A stretch of 64,000 bases of DNA from Anthoceros angustus (Eukaryota; Plantae; Anthocerotophyta): positions 558,001-622,000 of the forward strand of contig MU008179.1 in the NCBI GenBank assembly GCA_010909165.1, read 5' to 3'. The notes beneath the pieces were generated by a model. It did not search any database. It was not told the DNA's origin and was given only the letters and a program-made list of their open reading frames with translations. Of this stretch, positions 58,324 to 64,000 are shown piece by piece; position 1 is the stretch's first letter; every line of letters starts with the position of its first letter. Both the position numbers and the translations under genes were made by a program.

Positions 58324-61300
58324 CAAAATCACAAGTACTCTTAGCAGTATATTTGGCTACCTCCAAGAATGACACATGCAGTTGGTACATTGATAGTGGA
58401 GCTTGACTCACATTTGTCATACAAGATCCTTCTTTTCATCTTACCCCTTATGAACCAACGTATTCTTTGGGTGATGATAGTGGCCTTCAAGTACAAGGAA
58501 GAGGCATTGTCTTTGTTGTCCCGTGAGGGAGGCGAATTTTGAAGTTAGAGGATGTTTACTATGTCCCACAAATGTCAAAGAACTTAGTTCCAGTCAGAGA
58601 CTTACAATATCAAATGAGTACAACGTTCATTTCTTGGAGACACTGCATGATCCAGACACGATCCTCCTAGTGTGTCATGTCTCGCATTTGTCGACCTTCA
58701 ATGACCTATACAGATAAATTTGTCCCCAACTGCTACCAACATTGCCAATTTAACTCATTTAAGCAACTGTGCTATGGCACCATAGGTGGCACATGTTAAC
58801 TCAGCCTAAACAATCATGCTATGGCACCATAGGTGGCACATGTTAACTCACGTAAGTTAGTAACTCTCACCAAAGCAACTGTACTCGTAATCCCTATCTC
58901 GCTTGTCTCCTTTGCCGTTCTGTGAATCATGTGTGTATGCCAAGAGTCGTATAGCTGAACGACAACTTAATGTCAAGCTGAAAGCTGTGCGTACATATGG
59001 TGGAGGGGAGTTTGTAGCTAGTGCCTTTGCACATCTGTGCAACTCCTAAGGCATAATCATGCAGAGAAGTGTTCCATATTCTCAAGCCCAAAACGGTGTG
59101 GCCGAGCGCTGTCATCAATGGCTTGTTGAAGCCGTCGAGCCATGCTGAACATTTTTGACCGTCTCACAAATATTGGGCGTAAGCTATTTCAACGCGACCT
59201 ACATCAAGAACCGACTTCCAACTTCGTCACATCGGTGTCACTCCTTATGAGGGCTGGACGGTCAGAAACCCAATCAATTGCATCTTCGTATCTTGGGCAC
59301 TGCATATGCACATATTCCCAAACAACCGTCGAAGCTTGACGACAAGGCCAGCAAGATGCTGTTTGTGGGATATCAAGGAATCAAGGGATATAAGCCGGTG
59401 AACCCGAGACTCGTGGTCACGCATTCAAGGAGTGTGATTATTGACGAGCAATTTCTGCTGGACAGCCGAGGGAGAGAAATGGACCATCTGCGTCGAACCA
59501 GAGATCCAGCAAGGTTGCAATTCCTTTGGATTCGACCTTGCGAGATGTGAGTGGGAGCGATGATGACCAGCTTGTTTGAGTGGGAGTCCAGGATCATGGG
59601 AGCGCACCGCACACACCGCACAAGGGCCGGCCCATTCAGTACCCACTCCACATGCACCTGCACCTCCTTAGATCCCGGACCTCACCAGCCTATACAACCG
59701 CACTGCAGCTCACTCACATTTGTCATACAAGATCCTTCTTTTCATCTTACCCCTTGTGAACCAGCTTTATTCTTTGGGTGATGATAGTGGCCTTCAAGTA
59801 CAAGGAAGAGGCATTGTCTTTGTCCGTGAGGGAGGCGTAATTTTGAAGTTAGAGGATGTTTACTATGTCCCACAAATGTCAAAGAACTTAGTTCCAGTCA
59901 GAGACTTACAATATCAAATGAGTACAACGCTCATTTTGTCTGGAGACACTGCATGATCCAGACACGATAGTCCTCCTAGTGTGTCATGTCTCTGCATTTG
60001 TCGACCTTTCAATGACCTATACAGGATAGATTTTTCCCCAACGCCTGTTACCAACATTGCCAATTTAACTCAGCCTAAGCAATCTGTGCTATGGCACCAT
60101 AGGCTGGCACATGTTAACTCACGTAAGTTAGTAACTCTCAGCCAAAGAAACCTGTACTCAGGATCCCTATCTCAGTTGTCTCCTTTGCCGTTCTGTGAAT
60201 CATGTGTGTATGCCAAGAGTCGTATAGCTGAACGACAACTTAATGTCAAGTCGAAAGTCATGCATATATGGTGGAGGGAGTTTGTAGCTGGTGCCTTTGC
60301 ACATCTGCAACTCCTAAGGCATAATCATGCGAGAAGTGTTCCATATTCTCAAGCCCAAAACGGTGGCCGAGGCCATCAATGGCTTGTTGAAGCCGCTCGA
60401 GCCATGCTGAACATTTTTGACCGTCTCACAAATATTGGGCGTAAGCTATTTCAACGCGACCTACATCAAGAACCGACTTCCAACTGTCATATCGTGTCAC
60501 TCCTTATGAGGGCTGGACTGGTCGTAAACCCAATCAATTGCATCTTCGTATCTTCGGGGCACCTGCATATGCACATATTCCCAAACAACTTCGTCAGAAG
60601 CTTGACGACAAGGCCAGCAAGATGCTGTTTGTGGGATATACTGAAGGAATCAAGGGATATAAGCTGGTGAACCCCGAGACTCAGCGGGTCACGCATTCAA
60701 GGAGTGTGATTATTGACGAGCAATTTCTGCTGGACAGCCGCAGAGGGAGAGAAATGGACCATCCTGCAACGTCTGAACCAGCAGATCCAGGCAAGGTTGC
60801 AATTCCTTTGGATTCTGACCTTGCAGATGTGAGTGGGAGCGATGATGACCAGCAGTTGTTTGAGTGGGAGTCCGAGGATCATGGGAGCGCACAGCCTGCA
60901 CACACTGCACAAGGGCCAGTGCCCATTCAGGTACCCACTCCACATGCACAGCCTGCACCCTCCTTAGATCCCTGCACCTCACGTACCAAATTTTATACAA
61001 CCGCACTGCAGCTCACTCCCTCACATCCGCAGCGGCATGATCCTCATGATCTGGCCAGCACATGAGGGAATGAAGCCTCCTTAGCGCTGCAGCCCGTCGC
61101 GTCGCTCCACAAGGCGTGGCACCCCTGGCATGAATCCTACCACCTTGAAGGTGCGACAGACTGGGAGGGACGCGCCTCGCATGCTCAACCCGGCGCACAT
61201 CGATCACGCGCCTCCTCCTCGCTGTAACCACGCGTGCCCCAAGCCACATCCTTGGAGCCCGCTGCCCTGCTTGTGCACCATCTGTTTCACCGCCCATTTC

Positions 61301-63000
61301 AAATAATAATTCATTAGTTGGGCCTTTACCAAATTTAGAAAATGAACCTAGTTTAGATGTCAATATTTTAACCGGACATGCCTCTTTAGTCCAAGCTTAC
61401 ATAGCGACCCACGGATCCTATTGAACTGCTACACGTGAAGAGGCTTTGTCTCGGACGACAAGGAGAAGTGGGAGGCAGCTATTCAATCCGAGTATAATAG
61501 TTTAATAGAAAATAATACTTGGGAATTAGTTAAGCTTCCTTATGGTAGAAAGCCTATACAATGCAAGTGGGTGTTTTGCATTAAATTGAAAGCGATGGTA
61601 GTGTAGAACGCTACAAGGCACGTTTGTGTGCTAAGGGTATAGCCAAGTTCGGTGTTGATTATCATGAAACTTTTTCTGTAGTTAAGTTGCGACTATCGAT
61701 ACTTGTTAGCCTCAGCTTGAGTTAGATTTAGACTCACAACAAATGGATGTTACAATTGCTTTTCTATATGGTAAATTAGAGGAGCTGATTTACATGGAAC
61801 AACTCAAGTGTTTATAGATCCTAAAACAAAGGACTTAGTTTGTAGACTCTTAAGGTGTATTTATGGACTCAAGCAATCTCCTTTGAAGTGGTATCTTGAT
61901 ATTGATGGTACCCTTATCGAGATTGGCTTTGTTCGTTGTAATTCGATGAGAATGTATATTTCCTATGCAAAGATGGAAAGCTGGTTATTATTGCTTTATA
62001 TGTGGATGACATCATAATTGCTACGAATAGCCGTGGAGTTATTATCAAAAGTGAAGACCACTCTTAGTTCCAAGTACCAGATGAAGGATATTGGGACTCT
62101 TACCTATTGTCTTGGAGTTCAAATTGCTAGGAATAGGGCGTAAGGTACACTTAGTATGTATCAAACCAAATATGTTAAAGAGCTTCTTAATCGTTTCAAG
62201 CTTGAGGCAGCTCATCCTGCAGCCACTCCACTTGTATGGACAAGTCTTATCTACTCGAGCCCACCCACGAGGAGGAACGAGAGAGGATGCTTCACACACT
62301 TTATAGGAGGCGAGGATGCTTACTCTTCCTGAGTGGCTGGACTCGACCTGATATCACTCATGTTGTTTCTATTGTATCGCAATTCCTTTCTAATCCCGAT
62401 TTAGCTCATTGGGTTGAGGTAAAACGCATCTATCGTTATGTATCTGGGACCCTGCATGTAGGACTTCAATATAAGCGATCAGGAACAGGAAGACTGTTGC
62501 TTGAGGGTTGGTCTGATGCTAATTGGGCAGCTGATCCGTTGACAAGGAAAAGCCTATCTAGCTATTGTTTTACCTTATGTGGTGCTGTAGTTTCATGGAC
62601 ATGTAAGAAGCAACAGAGTGTGTCTCTTAGCTCAATTGAGAGTGAAAATGATTCCTTAACACTTGCTGGTAAGGAAGCTGTAGCTGGAAGGTCCTTAATA
62701 GCGGAGATGGATCAAGCACAGGACTCACCTACCTTGTTGCATTGCGACAATATGTCGGCAATAGCTTTAACCAAGACGCCAAGTACCATGCTCGGACTAA
62801 GCATATAGGCATTTATCATCATTTTATTAGACAGCTAGTCTCCGAGCATCATGTAACTATTGAATACATCCCAACAGAGGAGAACCCGGCGGATATATTT
62901 ACAAAGAGTTTATCCAAGGCCAAGCACCGATTTCTCTTACGCTTTAGGCCTTGTGGACTTATCAAATGGTTCTTCTTAAGTGGGAGCTCTTACGCACATA
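58324..63000 (+). pseudogene. Copia pol, copy 2, with a ~1.3-kb internal duplication
   Basis: WYIDSGA (58383); LWHHRLAHVN; YAHIPKQLRQKLDDKASKMLFVGY; IYGLKQSPLKWY; LYVDDII; GWSDANWAADPLTRKSLSSY; EENPADIFTK. Segment ~58403-59715 repeated from ~59708. Confidence 0.94.
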
Positions 63001-63094
63001 CGCTAACTTGCTATACATTTACGTTCTTATCAAGAGTGAACTGGACGTGTTAGCTTGTTAGTCTCATTCATGTTGCTTCAAGCGTGAGTGGGAG

Positions 63095-63306
63095 TGTAGA
63101 GGTTATGGCTATTAGAGCCCTAGTTAGGGCACGTTTGAAGATTATACTTTAATAATTACTTAAGTTACAGTGATGATATGAATAGGCATCTTAGATTCAG
63201 TTTTATAACTACTTTTATATGCTCTTCAAAAACATTGTCTTGGTTCACTTTTTTCAATTCATACACTCTTTGTTCTACGCTTCTGTGAAATCCATGTGCC
63301 TTCACA
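63095..63306 (+). repeat. Copia 3' LTR, copy 2
   Basis: Near-identical to 28117-28330; followed by AGAGC. Confidence 0.95.
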
Positions 63307-64000
63307 AGAGCAAGAAAGAAAAGGCTGAGCAATCAGCTACAAAAAGGTAACGACAAAAAGCGCAAAGTCGAGGTCACAGTTAAGAGACAACACTTTGAGG
63401 CGATAAACGGGTCGGAGAGTGTCGAGAAGAAGAAGAAGAAGCAGGCGGACTAATGTTAGACCTGACTCTCCCTCTTTCAGGCCTGGAGGATCCTCTCTTC
63501 TGGTGGGATGGAAGGCCTTAATTTTGCTCCCGTCACCTTGTTGGGTAGCCAACAGGATGTATTATTTATGGAAGTGTCTCCGAGACTCGGGGAGGTGTGC
63601 CCTGTCTATCTAGGGCGCACAACCGATTTTGTGAAGGCTTCTCATAGCCTAGAGTGGCTCTCCCAGGCAAGAAATGAGGCAGGCTTCCGCCCGCCGAGCG
63701 CGAGGTAGGTCTGTTGGGGTGCCAGTCAAGCGTGTGTTGCCATAGTAGCTGAGAATCTCTGTCACCTTACAGCGCCTAACGCCTCCCGGAGAAGGCCGCC
63801 GCCCGCGTGAACCCATGCGGAGCCCTATCTCCATCGTGCCCACATTTGTAACCAATCCGGCAGCAGGGCACTTGTGGCTGCCAGCATTGTAAGTTATCAA
63901 ATTTGCAGGTGTTTGATGAAATGGCAGGTGTAGATGCTATCGAGGGCGCTCATGAGTCACCTGGCACCACTCTTATGATCTGACCGACAGTTTTTCCACG
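63307..64000 (+). repeat. Start of the next tandem unit (NOP58 last exon 63309-63453 plus spacer)
   Basis: Near-identical to 28331-29030. Confidence 0.93.

Larger units (their letters stand above)
48675..63306 (+). mobile_element. Ty1/copia LTR retrotransposon, copy 2
   Basis: LTRs 48675-48882 and 63095-63306, TSD AGAGC (48670-48674; 63307-63311), PBS TGGTATCAG at 48883, PPT at 63084. Confidence 0.96.

Overview
Land-plant nuclear DNA built from a ~6.37-kb tandem unit. Each unit reads: last exon of NOP58 > spacer > intronless germin-like protein (GLP) gene > spacer > a second, truncated GLP whose signal-peptide sequence abuts intron 1/exon 2 of a 5'-truncated, intron-containing NOP58 pseudogene. 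The window holds about four units (A partial, B, C, D) plus the start of a fifth. In units A and D a short-LTR Ty1/copia element (4074-28330; 48675-63306; TSD AGAGC) sits exactly on the acceptor of the last NOP58 intron; units B and C have the empty site. The copia gag-pol junction is interrupted by a GC-rich element with TGTGG...CCACA ends and an ACAAC TSD (8859-24730; 52569-58318). This element has no LTR pair and no recognisable RT, integrase or transposase, but carries a long unknown + strand ORF ending in a coiled coil. In the first copy a diverged member of the same family appears nested inside it (~10250-15856). Near-identical copies differ by many 1-bp homopolymer indels and by microhomology-bounded 0.8-2 kb local duplications, so part of the fine structure may be long-read consensus artefact. 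All alignments and translations were done by eye; no database searches were run. No rRNA, tRNA or CRISPR features were seen.
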